From a virus (Duplodnaviria; Caudoviricetes): a DNA stretch of 64,000 nucleotides. The DNA is taken from positions 1-64,000 of the IMG/VR virus record IMGVR_UViG_3300028888_000116; one strand, given 5' to 3'. The position numbers and the translations under genes were made by a program. Shown here piece after piece: positions 28,846 to 39,267 of this stretch (within the stretch, counting starts at the first letter, position 1; every line of letters starts with the position of its first letter). Under the pieces are notes generated by a model, which saw only the letters and a program-made list of their open reading frames with translations, was not told the origin of the DNA and ran no database searches.

Positions 28846-29451
28846 TTAATTTATTTGTAATATTTGTTCTAACTTTGGTAGATATAGGTCTATATCTCGT
28901 ATAATTTGGGCTATATGTTTAGTTAATCTGATTTTTGGGTTTGATAATCCACCTGAAGAGTTATAAATATTTCGCCAAACTCCTTTTCCTTTTTCTCCTG
29001 TAAACTTAAATATTGACATATTTTCTGAATCTAAATCTTCCCACACTCCTTGATAAAAAAATGACGCATCATCAGAATAAAATTTTGCATCACAGTTATG
29101 TACAACTTTTGATAGAATATTTAAAACTTCAGAATGTTTAAGTTGAGGTAAGTTTGATAAATTCCATTGTCCTAATTGAGTTTCGGGATTATAAAATCTA
29201 ATAACGACTGTATAATATCCATTTGGTGTATTTACTCCTAAACCCTGAGCTGATATAAAATCTTCAGCTCCAAAAGAAGATTTAGCATAGAAAATTGCTT
29301 CATAATATTTCTGTTTTGAATTCCAAGTAGACTTTGCTACATCAATTCTTGAATCACCTTCATTTTCTCTTTTATCAAGATGTTTCTGAGTAAAATTAGA
29401 AATTGCTGTTTGAGTTAGAGAATCTAGAGTGGCTTCAAATAAAAGTTCCAT
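28846..29451 (-). CDS. hypothetical protein, possible head-internal protein
   Basis: ACTAAAT motif, N-terminal LLFE|A. Confidence 0.6.
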   Translation of the reverse strand: MELLFEATLDSLTQTAISNFTQKHLDKRENEGDSRIDVAKSTWNSKQKYYEAIFYAKSSFGAEDFISAQGLGVNTPNGYYTVVIRFYNPETQLGQWNLSNLPQLKHSEVLNILSKVVHNCDAKFYSDDASFFYQGVWEDLDSENMSIFKFTGEKGKGVWRNIYNSSGGLSNPKIRLTKHIAQIIRDIDLYLPKLEQILQIN

Positions 29452-29458
29452 AAATTAT

Positions 29459-30004
29459 TTAGTTGAAGTTTTCATTTAAAAGTTTTATGTCAACATTTCT
29501 TTTATCAAGAAGCTCACCCCATTTTCTTTGATATTCAAGCTTTTCTTTTTCTTCATCAGTTATACATAAATAATTTTTATAAGTATTTAGAATTAAATTC
29601 TTTAAAGTTTCATCAAAGCCAAATCTATCCATTTGTTGCTCAAGAATGGATATGGCATCTTCATCAGTCATTTCATCAAAAGATGCCCAATCACAAATCA
29701 TCTCAATAACGTCAATTAAATCCATCTCACAAAGATACCCTTTGTAATGCTCTGGGTGATGCCTATTATTCTTATAATGTTCTTCAAATAACCATTTATA
29801 TCGTTCTTGTTTATCGAAATATTCTTCTGTTCCATAGGGATAACGAGGTTCTTTATCCATCGCTTCCCACCCCGATAGCTCTGGTTCCTTTAATTTTGAA
29901 TTATCGTGTTCTTGGCCCCGTTTTATAAGTAAGGAGCATATCTTTAAGAGATTTTGCTCAACTTTATGTTGATGGGCCCTAATAGCTCTTATAGTTGGAG
30001 ACAT
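29459..30004 (-). CDS. HD-like/DUF5662-type protein
   Basis: HDNSKL...HYKNNRHHPEHY...MDLIDVIEMICDW. Confidence 0.75.
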   Translation of the reverse strand: MSPTIRAIRAHQHKVEQNLLKICSLLIKRGQEHDNSKLKEPELSGWEAMDKEPRYPYGTEEYFDKQERYKWLFEEHYKNNRHHPEHYKGYLCEMDLIDVIEMICDWASFDEMTDEDAISILEQQMDRFGFDETLKNLILNTYKNYLCITDEEKEKLEYQRKWGELLDKRNVDIKLLNENFN

Positions 30005-30045
30005 TTTATTATACCCTCGAATATAATTTAGTGAGCTGTATAAAA

Positions 30046-30069
30046 AAAGGTACCATTGAAGGTACCTTT
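30046..30069 (-). terminator. rho-independent terminator
   Basis: AAAGGTACC-attgaa-GGTACCTTT with a T run on the minus strand. Confidence 0.75.
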
Positions 30070-30087
30070 ATATATTAGGAATTTTAC

Positions 30088-30933
30088 TTATCTTCCCATA
30101 TCTTCACCAGCTGCATCACCAATGTTATATCTTCCAACATCATTTACATCGACAATAGAATCAGATGAAAGAGCAGCTAAAGATAAAGAGTTTGCTGAAG
30201 ATTCAGCCATCTTTCTCCAGTTAAATGATTCAAGTGGAGCAGATTCATCAAGTTGTAAATTATCATCATTTACAATTGCTTCATTATATGATTCAGCCTT
30301 TTCTGATATTCTTCTCATTGACTGAGTATCATATCTTGTATCCATTGCTTCAGAAATGCTATTACCTAAAACTTTATCAGCTCTTTCAGCAAAAACATCT
30401 CTTACATCATCAAAATTGAAAGCTCCGTGTTTTGATTGTTCAATATTTTTATTTTCTCTAAAATTATCTTTAAAGAAGTTTGAAAGAGAATAACTCTGAT
30501 GCTCTTTCATATATTCACTCGCAGCATTATCATCATCAAACTCAAGAGATTCTCTCTGTGTAGGAGCGATTCCACCAATTGAATTCTGTGGAGTATCTTC
30601 ATCTTCTTCAGTATCAGCGATTGATTTCAATGATTTTTTTCTCAATTGTCCGATAGGAATAGAATCTACTGTATTAAGTTGCTGTTCAACAACATCCTGA
30701 GCTGATTTTGAAATTGATTTAAGTTGATTATAGATTCCTGTTAAAGCATCAACCTGGCTCTTCAATGAAACTGGAACTGTCTGAGCGACAACTCCACCAA
30801 ATGAAGCAGCATCATCTATAATATCATTTAAATCATCAATTATGCTGATTAAATCATTATTCTTTGCAAGCTTTTCAAACTTTGGTTTAATTGAAGTTAA
30901 ACCATTGATTATTTTATTAATATCGCCAGCCAT
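30088..30933 (-). CDS. acidic hypothetical protein, possible head-internal protein
   Basis: 281 aa; several xxE|S/A sites; ACTAAT motif upstream. Confidence 0.6.
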   Translation of the reverse strand: MAGDINKIINGLTSIKPKFEKLAKNNDLISIIDDLNDIIDDAASFGGVVAQTVPVSLKSQVDALTGIYNQLKSISKSAQDVVEQQLNTVDSIPIGQLRKKSLKSIADTEEDEDTPQNSIGGIAPTQRESLEFDDDNAASEYMKEHQSYSLSNFFKDNFRENKNIEQSKHGAFNFDDVRDVFAERADKVLGNSISEAMDTRYDTQSMRRISEKAESYNEAIVNDDNLQLDESAPLESFNWRKMAESSANSLSLAALSSDSIVDVNDVGRYNIGDAAGEDMGR

Positions 30934-31035
30934 TTTTACCGTCCTTATAAGGTCTAAATATATATTTAATAAATTAGTATTTTCTATCTCAAATTATCCA
31001 AAAATACGATACTAGATTTAAGATAAGGAGTAAAT

Positions 31036-31650
31036 ATGAAAGAAAAGTTTTGGTGGAAAACATCATTTATGGTTTTTCTTTATGCTGCGGTTTTAATTAC
31101 TATGATGTTCTTACAGGACATTATCTATATTCTTGGTAATTATTCTGAAATATTGGAAAAAGTAAAAGTTGATGGATTTCTTTTTAATATTTTAAATGGC
31201 CAAGTAGGATTACCGATTTCTTCATTATCTTTTCTATGGGTAACGATTTGTGCTGCATATGTTGGAGTTGACAGGGCTGCTTATGCTATTAAATCATCAA
31301 AAATGATTTCTGGTGAAACTGATTTTGGTGACCCAGCTACAATCAGAAAAATAATTTTGGTATCGGGATTAGTTTTACTTTTTGGATGTGTTTCAAATTG
31401 TTTTGTTGATTATGATTTTGAATTAAACTCATTAGCATCGGCATTTGGTTCATCAATTCTTTTATATATTGCTGGTCAGAAAGCTATTAAATCTGTAAAA
31501 TATGTAGATGGAGATTTAAACGGAGACGGAATACCAGATGATGAAGAAGAAACTGAAGAAGAAACTTCAAAATTCACTGAAGGTATCAAAACAATGGTTG
31601 AAGGCGCCAAACAAATAAAAGAATCAATAGAAGAAGCAAAAGAAGAATAA
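31036..31650 (+). CDS. multi-pass membrane protein (holin candidate)
   Basis: four hydrophobic segments with an internal duplication (..AYVGVDRAAYAIKS / ..LYIAGQKAIKS) and an acidic tail. Confidence 0.55.
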   Translation: MKEKFWWKTSFMVFLYAAVLITMMFLQDIIYILGNYSEILEKVKVDGFLFNILNGQVGLPISSLSFLWVTICAAYVGVDRAAYAIKSSKMISGETDFGDPATIRKIILVSGLVLLFGCVSNCFVDYDFELNSLASAFGSSILLYIAGQKAIKSVKYVDGDLNGDGIPDDEEETEEETSKFTEGIKTMVEGAKQIKESIEEAKEE

Positions 31651-31654
31651 AATA

Positions 31655-31682
31655 AAGGCCGGGATTTTACCCGACCTTTTTT
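31655..31682. terminator. bidirectional terminator (AGG[T/C]CGGG/CCCGACCT family)
   Basis: AAGGCCGGG-atttta-CCCGACCTTTT between convergent genes. Confidence 0.85.
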
Positions 31683-32394
31683 AATTCATTTCTGAAATTA
31701 TCTTGTTTAAATCCAAAATCTTGTGGTTTTTATCCCAACAAACATTCAGGTATTTATCTAAATCAATTTTCCTTTCTGGCCATTTAATCTGAATTGGTTC
31801 AGGTTCTCTACCTTCCTGTTGAGCTATCCTTGTTTCCAAAGCATAATTCTCATAATCATAGCAGAAGTAGTCGTCCTTTATATCCAAATCGTGTGTATGC
31901 CCATAAAGATTCTTGAAATTATTTGCTGGAGAAATGTAAACTGGCTCGTGACTTAAGATGAAGTTATCTTCAATAATAATTGGAGTATCATAAACCTTAT
32001 CAAAACCAAGCTCATAGTAAAACTTAATTCTTGATTCATTTTCTCTATGAAGATTATCGTGATTTCCAAGAATTATAATCAACTTCCTTTTTCCAGTTGG
32101 GCCTTTCATTCTATTTACGATACTCTTCATTTCTTCAAAATGATTTTCAATTAATTTCTTTTTCTGTGATTCACCAGCGAAGAATAAATCACCATTATTC
32201 CAAATTGTGCATTCTTCTGGTAATTTATCAAATTCAGCAAGCATATCGTGATTCATTTTTGCAATTTCATCACATTCAAAATCTCTGTTATGAAGGCCTT
32301 TAATATTATAAGGTCTATTACAAAATTTAACAATTGAAAGATGAAAAAAATGATTGTCGCTTATTATGAAATTTTTATCTGAAAGTTTTAGCAT
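31681..32394 (-). CDS. calcineurin-like metallophosphoesterase
   Basis: SDNHFFH, NGD, GNHD, SHEP, YGHTH. Confidence 0.92.
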   Translation of the reverse strand: MLKLSDKNFIISDNHFFHLSIVKFCNRPYNIKGLHNRDFECDEIAKMNHDMLAEFDKLPEECTIWNNGDLFFAGESQKKKLIENHFEEMKSIVNRMKGPTGKRKLIIILGNHDNLHRENESRIKFYYELGFDKVYDTPIIIEDNFILSHEPVYISPANNFKNLYGHTHDLDIKDDYFCYDYENYALETRIAQQEGREPEPIQIKWPERKIDLDKYLNVCWDKNHKILDLNKIISEMN

Positions 32395-32579
32395 TTAATT
32401 TTCCTTATGATGTCTCGTTCTGGCTGAATTGTTTTTTCTCCCCAAGTTCCGGTAAGATTTCCAGCCTTATCGATGTGAGTAATTGTTCCACTATGGCCAT
32501 TGTATTTTGGCTCGCCTTCCATAATGATAATTCTTACAATTTCTCCTATTTTGTAAAGGCTTAATCTTTCCATCGCCAA
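32388..32579 (-). CDS. small SH3-like protein (DUF4314-like)
   Basis: GEIVRIIIMEGEPKYNGHSGTITHIDKAGNL..TWG. Confidence 0.55.
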   Translation of the reverse strand: MAMERLSLYKIGEIVRIIIMEGEPKYNGHSGTITHIDKAGNLTGTWGEKTIQPERDIIRKIKC

Positions 32580-32619
32580 ATCTCCTATATTTATAATATA
32601 ATGGAAAGAAAATTAAAAG

Positions 32620-32892
32620 TTAGGAATTTTCTTCATCTTCTTTAAAGAGTTCCGAAGTATCAAGATTAAATCTTCTATATGCTCGCATCCAATTCTTATA
32701 TTCTCGTTTTTCGTTAAGCTTTCCCATTTCAGAAAAATCTTTTGGCTCACAATCTTTAAATACTTCTTTTACTTCTTTTACTTCATCTTCATCAAGATAA
32801 TCTAATTCAATTCCAGCGAGAGAAGTATCTGATTTATAGATAACGAGTACTTCTCTATCTTTATCTTTATAATTAAATTTTTTAATTATCAT
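32620..32892 (-). CDS. hypothetical protein
   Basis: 90-aa ORF with GGAG SD. Confidence 0.65.
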   Translation of the reverse strand: MIIKKFNYKDKDREVLVIYKSDTSLAGIELDYLDEDEVKEVKEVFKDCEPKDFSEMGKLNEKREYKNWMRAYRRFNLDTSELFKEDEENS

Positions 32893-32904
32893 ATTTTACT
32901 CCTT

Positions 32905-34112
32905 TTAATCTAATGGAAGACAGGCCCCACCATCAAGAAGGTCTTTTGGTATTCCTGTTGCTTTATAAAAGCCTTCTTGGAATTTTTCAAATATTTCTAA
33001 TCTTTCTTTAGTCTCAGCCCAATATAAAATATCTTCAAAAGATTCAAATTTACGTTCAAGGAAATTATTTCCAACGTATGACGGCTGATATTCTCCAAAG
33101 AATATATTATTTTTGTTCGAACTCTTCGATGGCATTTAATGTCTCCCATATTGATTTTGTTTCTTCTTCATCTATATACTCAAAATTTTTATTTTTAGAA
33201 TACTCATCTGCTACTTCAACTAATGCCATTAAATCCGAATATAAAAGTAAATCATCAAAATTTTTAATCTTTGTATTCATTTGTTTTTAATTGATTTATA
33301 ATGTCTATAATTGCCAATCTTAAATCTTCTTGAAGAGCCAAATCTTCAAAATTTTTAGCTTTTAATTTTTTAGAGTTTTCTTCTTTAAGTACTTCAGAAA
33401 ATTCAGATTCTACTTTTATCAATGGAGTTATTTGTGGCTCTTCCATTATTCCCTCGTTGCAGTAACATCTATTTTGATATTCTTAATTTTAGGTGGAACT
33501 AAACAATTATGACTTTGGACATTATAGCTATCAATATTATGTTTATATAATATACGAGACCACTTATCAAGAAAATCAACATATTTTGCTATACTTTCAA
33601 AATCATCAAAAGCTATTATTTCCCGTTCTCCCATTCTGGCTGCCTCGAAAAATTATTAGAATTTAAATATCCAACTATTCTTTGTGGTTTATATGATTTT
33701 CTCATATCATATTCAGTAAGATATATCATTCCATCAGTTGCACTTTTAGATTGAAGTATATCATTCACTCTAGCAATATCTTCAAAACAGTCAAAAGTCA
33801 AATCTGTAAAATGGTCTAAAAGGTTTATGTCAAGGTCTACTTCAGCTTCTTGAGTCCACTTTACATTAAGAGGTCTTGCCTTTACATTAAAATCTTGAAG
33901 ATTAATCATTATGATAAATACCACATAATATGGTCTCTTAAATCCTCGTATTGCTTCTTTAATTCCAACTGATTTTCGTCAATTTCTTTTGAATTTACTT
34001 TATCAAGTTTACGATTAATCAGATTCAAAAGCATATCAATTTCAACAGCATCCAATGACATATTTATCATAAATACCTCCGTATTTTGAAATATATTAAC
34101 AAAAGAAATCAA
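32905..34112 (-). CDS. run of six small ORFs (33909-34112, 33616-33924, 33446-33634, 33264-33446, 33107-33280, 32905-33135)
   Basis: tightly overlapping start/stop codons; 33107-33280 (MNTKIKNFDDLLLYSDL...) is my translation and is missing from the track. Confidence 0.6.
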
Positions 34113-34165
34113 CTAAATAGTTAATATCTAAATTAAAAGTCGGTGTACTTTGAAGAAAGGAAATA

Positions 34166-35887
34166 ATGAAAAAATTTTTTAGTAATATCACAGAATTCTT
34201 AAAATCTGTAAAAAAGAGACCTCACGCTGAAATAAAAGATACAAATAAAATTGATGCATTTGATAATACAATCTTTATAGTTTGTAGTATAACTTCTGCA
34301 TTCATTAATCTTATATTTATAGCAAACCTTACGAAATCTCCATATACATTGGGAACTCTTTTATCAATGCCAGCTGCTGTATTCCTTGGCATTCTTTCTA
34401 TTTCTCTTGATTTATCTAAAATGAATCACGCAATGAAGATAAACTCATTGACAGAATTGGAAAGGGAATTAGGAAACGAGACCTGGGTAAAGAGTGTAAC
34501 AAAAATTAAGAATAAATGGAGAAGAGTTTATTTAGCTTATGTTTTTCTCTCCATCTTGACTTCTGTTTCACTCGCTTCTATTTCTATTGGAGCAGGGATT
34601 ACAAGAAACGCCAATACTCTTAAACAGATAGATGGATTTATCGTTCAAGGTGAACAATATATCGGTATTTCATCAACTTCTAAAAATATCCAAATGCAGA
34701 ATTTGGTAAATAAAGCAACTGATAATTCAGAAGAAGACGCTATTAAATTTGTAAATCAGCAAGTTGAAGAAGTTTGGCCGAAGATTCAAGAATGGCAAGA
34801 TGAGTATACGGATTTCTTAAATGAAGAATTAGACCCAAATGATAAAACGGTTCTTGAAGAAAAATATAATGGAAGTAAATCTTATTATGATTATTGGACA
34901 AAAAGAAATAGAGAAGTCAATAATCTTTTAAGTTCATCAAAATATAGTAGTTCAAGCTTAAAAGAATATCAGATTAAAGCTCTAACTCTTTCTGATTTTG
35001 AAGCAAAGATAAAATCAAATTATTTAAAAACATATAAGAAAACAGCTTCTGATGAAGCATCTGAAAAGTTGAATCAATTATCAGATACAGCAATGGAAGA
35101 AGCTCTTGGGTGGATAGAAACTCTTAATAATGTTTCTCTCGTAAATCCAAAATCAGGCGAGACTGTAGTATTTGATACAGATGTAAATAAATCTCCAAAG
35201 GTATTAATTCAATCAGCTCTTACAATCTTGAAAGCATTAAGAGTTGATGTTGAAAATGATTCAGGTGATATTGGTTCATCTTCAAAAATATTTATGCAAG
35301 TTGGCTCTTGGGCTGAATCACTTTCAAATAAAAAGAATAATAATGATATGAATGAAGTTTTGAATCAGAAATCTTCTGGCTCTCTTGGTGTAACTGAGAT
35401 TTCAATGATGCTAACTTTATTATTCCTATCTCTTCTTTGTGAATTAGCAATTAATCAGTTCTCACCTCAGCCAAAATTAACTAGAAAATTAGTTGGAAAA
35501 TTTAGAAGATATTTCCCAAAAGAGTTTGATATAAACCAATTCATATTTGAAGTAAATAAAGAAAAATATAAGGCAATGGAAATTGATACAGAAGAATATA
35601 ATAAAGAAACCGAAATCTGTGTTGATATTGCTATTAAATCTGAAATGACTCTTAAAAAGGCAATTGATGAAAAGAAAAAATCAATGAAGTCAAAAACTCC
35701 TACAAAGAAAGAGCAAGAAAAAATTTCAAGTGCAAATGTGGAAATTGTAGAGAAAAAGGAAGAGCCTCCAGTAAGAAAGGTTAGACAAATTAATAGAACA
35801 GAAGAAAAACCAGCTGAAGATAAATCAACTGAAGATGCATTAAAATCAGCTCTTGAAGGTTTAATCAAAAAGGTTGAACAGGAGTAA
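34166..35887 (+). CDS. membrane-anchored coiled-coil protein
   Basis: three N-terminal TM segments, long helical domain, a fourth TM near the C-terminus. Confidence 0.7.
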   Translation: MKKFFSNITEFLKSVKKRPHAEIKDTNKIDAFDNTIFIVCSITSAFINLIFIANLTKSPYTLGTLLSMPAAVFLGILSISLDLSKMNHAMKINSLTELERELGNETWVKSVTKIKNKWRRVYLAYVFLSILTSVSLASISIGAGITRNANTLKQIDGFIVQGEQYIGISSTSKNIQMQNLVNKATDNSEEDAIKFVNQQVEEVWPKIQEWQDEYTDFLNEELDPNDKTVLEEKYNGSKSYYDYWTKRNREVNNLLSSSKYSSSSLKEYQIKALTLSDFEAKIKSNYLKTYKKTASDEASEKLNQLSDTAMEEALGWIETLNNVSLVNPKSGETVVFDTDVNKSPKVLIQSALTILKALRVDVENDSGDIGSSSKIFMQVGSWAESLSNKKNNNDMNEVLNQKSSGSLGVTEISMMLTLLFLSLLCELAINQFSPQPKLTRKLVGKFRRYFPKEFDINQFIFEVNKEKYKAMEIDTEEYNKETEICVDIAIKSEMTLKKAIDEKKKSMKSKTPTKKEQEKISSANVEIVEKKEEPPVRKVRQINRTEEKPAEDKSTEDALKSALEGLIKKVEQE

Positions 35888-35889
35888 TT

Positions 35890-36570
35890 ATGGAAGAAAT
35901 TATTGAACTTATAAATCGTTTAGGTGATTTAATAATCCAAAAGAAAGAAGGTTATAAAGCTGAAATCAAAAGATTGGCTGAAGAGTTATCTAATGAGAAA
36001 TTATATGGCTCTGAAACGATTTCTCTTTATGAAGATTCTATCAATGAATATAAAGCTCTTGTAGAAGAAAAGAATCATTTAATAACTGAGCTTGAAGAAA
36101 GATTGAGCCAGAATAAAAGTCGTGATACTGATATTATTGAGCTTCAGAAAACTATAGATATTCTCGAAAAGAAAAATGAAGAATCAGAAAAAAAGATTTT
36201 AGAAGCGAAAAATAAGATTCAAGAACTTGAAGCAAAATTAAATGAAGAAGAGCCAAAAAAAGTATCAGAAGATGATACTCTTTATGCTTATAAATTTGGA
36301 AGAACTTCAAAAAGAATAATGACAAAATGTATTTTATTTTTGGAAAATCTTTTTGATGGCCAGGATTCTGGTGAAATAATTACTCTTAAAAATCCCGAAA
36401 TTGCAAAAAATAAGTCTGATATAAATGATAAACAATTTAATGTATTTATGGATAGGCTTACTTCAATGAAAATAAACGGAATCCCGATAATTTATAAAGA
36501 AGGTTCAGAATATAAAACAAAATTCAAATATGATTATCTTTGCGACTATTTAACTCAAATTATTGCATAA
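35890..36570 (+). CDS. coiled-coil protein with possible C-terminal winged helix
   Basis: Glu/Lys heptads over aa 1-125; the fold call is a guess. Confidence 0.55.
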   Translation: MEEIIELINRLGDLIIQKKEGYKAEIKRLAEELSNEKLYGSETISLYEDSINEYKALVEEKNHLITELEERLSQNKSRDTDIIELQKTIDILEKKNEESEKKILEAKNKIQELEAKLNEEEPKKVSEDDTLYAYKFGRTSKRIMTKCILFLENLFDGQDSGEIITLKNPEIAKNKSDINDKQFNVFMDRLTSMKINGIPIIYKEGSEYKTKFKYDYLCDYLTQIIA

Positions 36571-36589
36571 AATCTAACTAGATTTTCAG

Positions 36590-36847
36590 ATGTCAAATGA
36601 AATTACTCTGCAAGGGTTTCAAGTTCTGAAAACCAAAAAGAGGTCCGACGGACAGATGATTTTATTAGTCAATATGAGAAACAATTGTTGGTGTGTTTCT
36701 TATTTAAACGAAGAAGGTCATATTGTCAATTCAAGATGTTTCTTTTGGAGTGAAAAAGTCAAAAGAGTTGTTCAATTATTCGCCAATAGGGAATTTAAAA
36801 AATGGTCTGAAGCCTTAATGCTTCATAAAGAAGATTCGTTAATATAA
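36590..36847 (+). CDS. hypothetical protein
   Basis: 85-aa ORF. Confidence 0.6.
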   Translation: MSNEITLQGFQVLKTKKRSDGQMILLVNMRNNCWCVSYLNEEGHIVNSRCFFWSEKVKRVVQLFANREFKKWSEALMLHKEDSLI

Positions 36848-36870
36848 ATTTTGATTATTGGAGGTATAAT

Positions 36871-37149
36871 ATGAATTCAGAAGAAAGGGAAATGAAAGAC
36901 CCTGAGTTGATTGTAAAATCAGCGAATGAGGCTATCAAGGCTCTTGATGATATTCAGAAACAGATGCATAAAGAAGTTCCAATGTCGGAATATGTAAAGA
37001 TTTTGATATGGGAAAAAGGAAATTTGTTTGATATTCAGCACTATGAATTGATGAAAAATATCCAGCAGGATAAAAATGATGGTTGGGAAATTGAATCACA
37101 TACAATCTTTGCTGAAGATTTTGATTCTTATCGTAATGCTTTCAACTAA
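36871..37149 (+). CDS. hypothetical protein
   Basis: GGAGG SD, 92 aa. Confidence 0.7.
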   Translation: MNSEEREMKDPELIVKSANEAIKALDDIQKQMHKEVPMSEYVKILIWEKGNLFDIQHYELMKNIQQDKNDGWEIESHTIFAEDFDSYRNAFN

Positions 37150-37203
37150 TAGTTAATATACTAGATAATTATAAATCAGATTAAGAATTTACCAAAGGCT
37201 ACT

Positions 37204-37232
37204 TGGACTTTCTGAAATGATTTTGCTATAAT
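37204..37232 (+). promoter_or_regulatory. host sigma70-type extended -10 promoter of the Hsp20 gene
   Basis: TGGACT-N17-TATAAT with TGn before the -10. Confidence 0.55.
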
Positions 37233-37289
37233 AGAGACTTTAAGCAATATCTTTTAGAATTAGCTTAATTTACTCAAGGAGAAAAAATT

Positions 37290-37886
37290 ATGGCAGGAAA
37301 ATACTATCATTATTCTAATGTAAACGGTAACGTTACAGAAGATTCTGGCACATTTGAAAATGACATCTCATTCGCAGATGTTATGGATTCAATGTTTAAT
37401 TCAACTTTTGATTTTTTCAAATCACCACTTTTAATCGACTACACAAAGAAAGCTCCAGTTAGATTCATTAAATCTGAATCAAGCTCAGCATTCCCACCTC
37501 ATTCAAAATGGATTACATCAGATAAGGTTTTGCATTATCAAATTGGTCTTTGCGGAATTTCTGAAAAGGATGTAAAGGTTGACGTAGATGATAACAAAAT
37601 CATTATCAAAATCAAAAAGGATGTCGACGAAGAAGAAAGAGTATACTCTTATAAAGGACTCAAACTCCCAACAGATGAAACTCTTGAATTGAAATTCGAC
37701 CCAAAATTCTATGATGTAAATACTACAAAGATTTCATTGAATAATGGATTACTCTCTATTGATATGCAACCAAGAGACGAGCTCAAACCCGTAAAAATGA
37801 ATCTTTTTGGTAAACTTAAAATAGAAGATAATTCTTCAAAAGCCATTGAAGATAAAACTGAAAAGAGCGAAGAGAAATCTGAGTAA
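37290..37886 (+). CDS. small heat-shock protein (Hsp20/IbpA family)
   Basis: FPPH..., IGLCGISEKDVKVDVDDNKIII, YSYKGL, ISLNNGLLSIDM. Confidence 0.9.
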   Translation: MAGKYYHYSNVNGNVTEDSGTFENDISFADVMDSMFNSTFDFFKSPLLIDYTKKAPVRFIKSESSSAFPPHSKWITSDKVLHYQIGLCGISEKDVKVDVDDNKIIIKIKKDVDEEERVYSYKGLKLPTDETLELKFDPKFYDVNTTKISLNNGLLSIDMQPRDELKPVKMNLFGKLKIEDNSSKAIEDKTEKSEEKSE

Positions 37887-37934
37887 TTTAAAGTTGGAGG
37901 TTTTTTGATAAATCAGTAGCCGATTTATTATAAA

Positions 37935-37961
37935 AAAAGCCAGGATTTAATCCTGGCTTTT
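37935..37961. terminator. bidirectional terminator
   Basis: AAAAGCCAGGA-tttaa-TCCTGGCTTTT. Confidence 0.9.
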
Positions 37962-37977
37962 ATTTTTTAATTAAAGA

Positions 37978-38415
37978 TTAATCTCTTTCGTCATATCCTT
38001 TACTAAAGAAAAGTTTATTATTTTCAATTTTATCCAACTCTAAATAAAATTCGTCATATCCTGTTCCATTTTCTTCTTCTTCTTTTATACTTTTAAGAAT
38101 ATTTTTTAATTCAGAAAAAGAAACTTTTCTGTCGTCATAAAATAATTCAATGTCTACTGGATAGCCAGGTGCCTTGAAATTATCTAAATCAATATGGCCA
38201 TCATTTTCACATACTCCAAAGAATAAATCACGGCCATTAATAGAATCAAGATATATCTTTGGCATTGGATAATATCCGTCCCATTCGTTTTCTTTATAAG
38301 ACTCAATTTTATTAACTAATACCCCTAAATCAGCTAGATTAATTGGATACTTAGTTTCCCAAATAAATAGATTTACTGAATCTCTTGATGATTCATAAAT
38401 TCTTTTAAAATCCAT
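37978..38415 (-). CDS. hypothetical protein
   Basis: starts MDFKRIYE|S. Confidence 0.65.
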   Translation of the reverse strand: MDFKRIYESSRDSVNLFIWETKYPINLADLGVLVNKIESYKENEWDGYYPMPKIYLDSINGRDLFFGVCENDGHIDLDNFKAPGYPVDIELFYDDRKVSFSELKNILKSIKEEEENGTGYDEFYLELDKIENNKLFFSKGYDERD

Positions 38416-38426
38416 TTTAAACTCCT

Positions 38427-39242
38427 TTACCTTTCAAATACTATTTTACTATCAATGTAGTTTGTATATATTCCACCTTGCTTTATATTAAAAACTTTAA
38501 GGCAAGTTAAAATATTATCATCATCATTTTTATTTGTTTCATTTACAATATTTTTAATTACTTCTTCACTTGGGAATTCTTTAAACTTAACAGCATCATA
38601 TAAATAAGGCTCCCAACAAGGAAAAGAATCATAACCCATTCCACTTTCTCCATAATAAAGATTATATTTTTCTCCATTATGCTCAAAAGTTCCTCTTATT
38701 ACAAATTTATTCTGAGCAAATATCCACTCATTTAAAACTCTTTTAAATGATTCTTCTATTCTTTTTTGAGTTATCTTTTTAGATTCATAAAGACTTCTTT
38801 CCGCACATTCTAAATCAAATGTATCACTTTCATATTTAAATAGTTTTTCATTATCACAATTCATAAGATATTCTCTATCTTTTTCTTGCCAATTATTATA
38901 AGGACTTTCAATAAGCCAATCAACTACTTCTTTTATTTCATCTCCAAAATAAGTCCTGCTTTCATTTAATCTAGCTTTGAGGTAATCAATAACTTCTGGT
39001 ATTGTTTCAAAGAATCTAGTTGACCAAGTCCAATTATCGCCTTTGGTAATTCTTCTATTTACTATAAATTCACCCTTATGTTTGCCTTCTTCTCCATATT
39101 GAATAACAAATCTTTTTGGATTATTTATATCAACTAAAAAATCTCCAGCATCGTCAGAATATTTCTGCTCAGTTTCAAATGGCAACATATCTTTAAGTAT
39201 TTCAAGATAACTTTTTTGTTCTTTTGATTCTTTTAAAAGCAT
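38427..39242 (-). CDS. hypothetical protein, possible head-internal protein
   Basis: multiple LxE|S motifs (LKE|S, LNE|S, LYE|S). Confidence 0.65.
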   Translation of the reverse strand: MLLKESKEQKSYLEILKDMLPFETEQKYSDDAGDFLVDINNPKRFVIQYGEEGKHKGEFIVNRRITKGDNWTWSTRFFETIPEVIDYLKARLNESRTYFGDEIKEVVDWLIESPYNNWQEKDREYLMNCDNEKLFKYESDTFDLECAERSLYESKKITQKRIEESFKRVLNEWIFAQNKFVIRGTFEHNGEKYNLYYGESGMGYDSFPCWEPYLYDAVKFKEFPSEEVIKNIVNETNKNDDDNILTCLKVFNIKQGGIYTNYIDSKIVFER

Positions 39243-39267
39243 ATATACCTCATAATTTATATTTTAT

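Noticed and set aside
37255-37275. CIRCE heat-shock operator before Hsp20
   Set aside because: TTAGC...ACTC is present but does not form the TTAGCACTC-N9-GAGTGCTAA inverted repeat.
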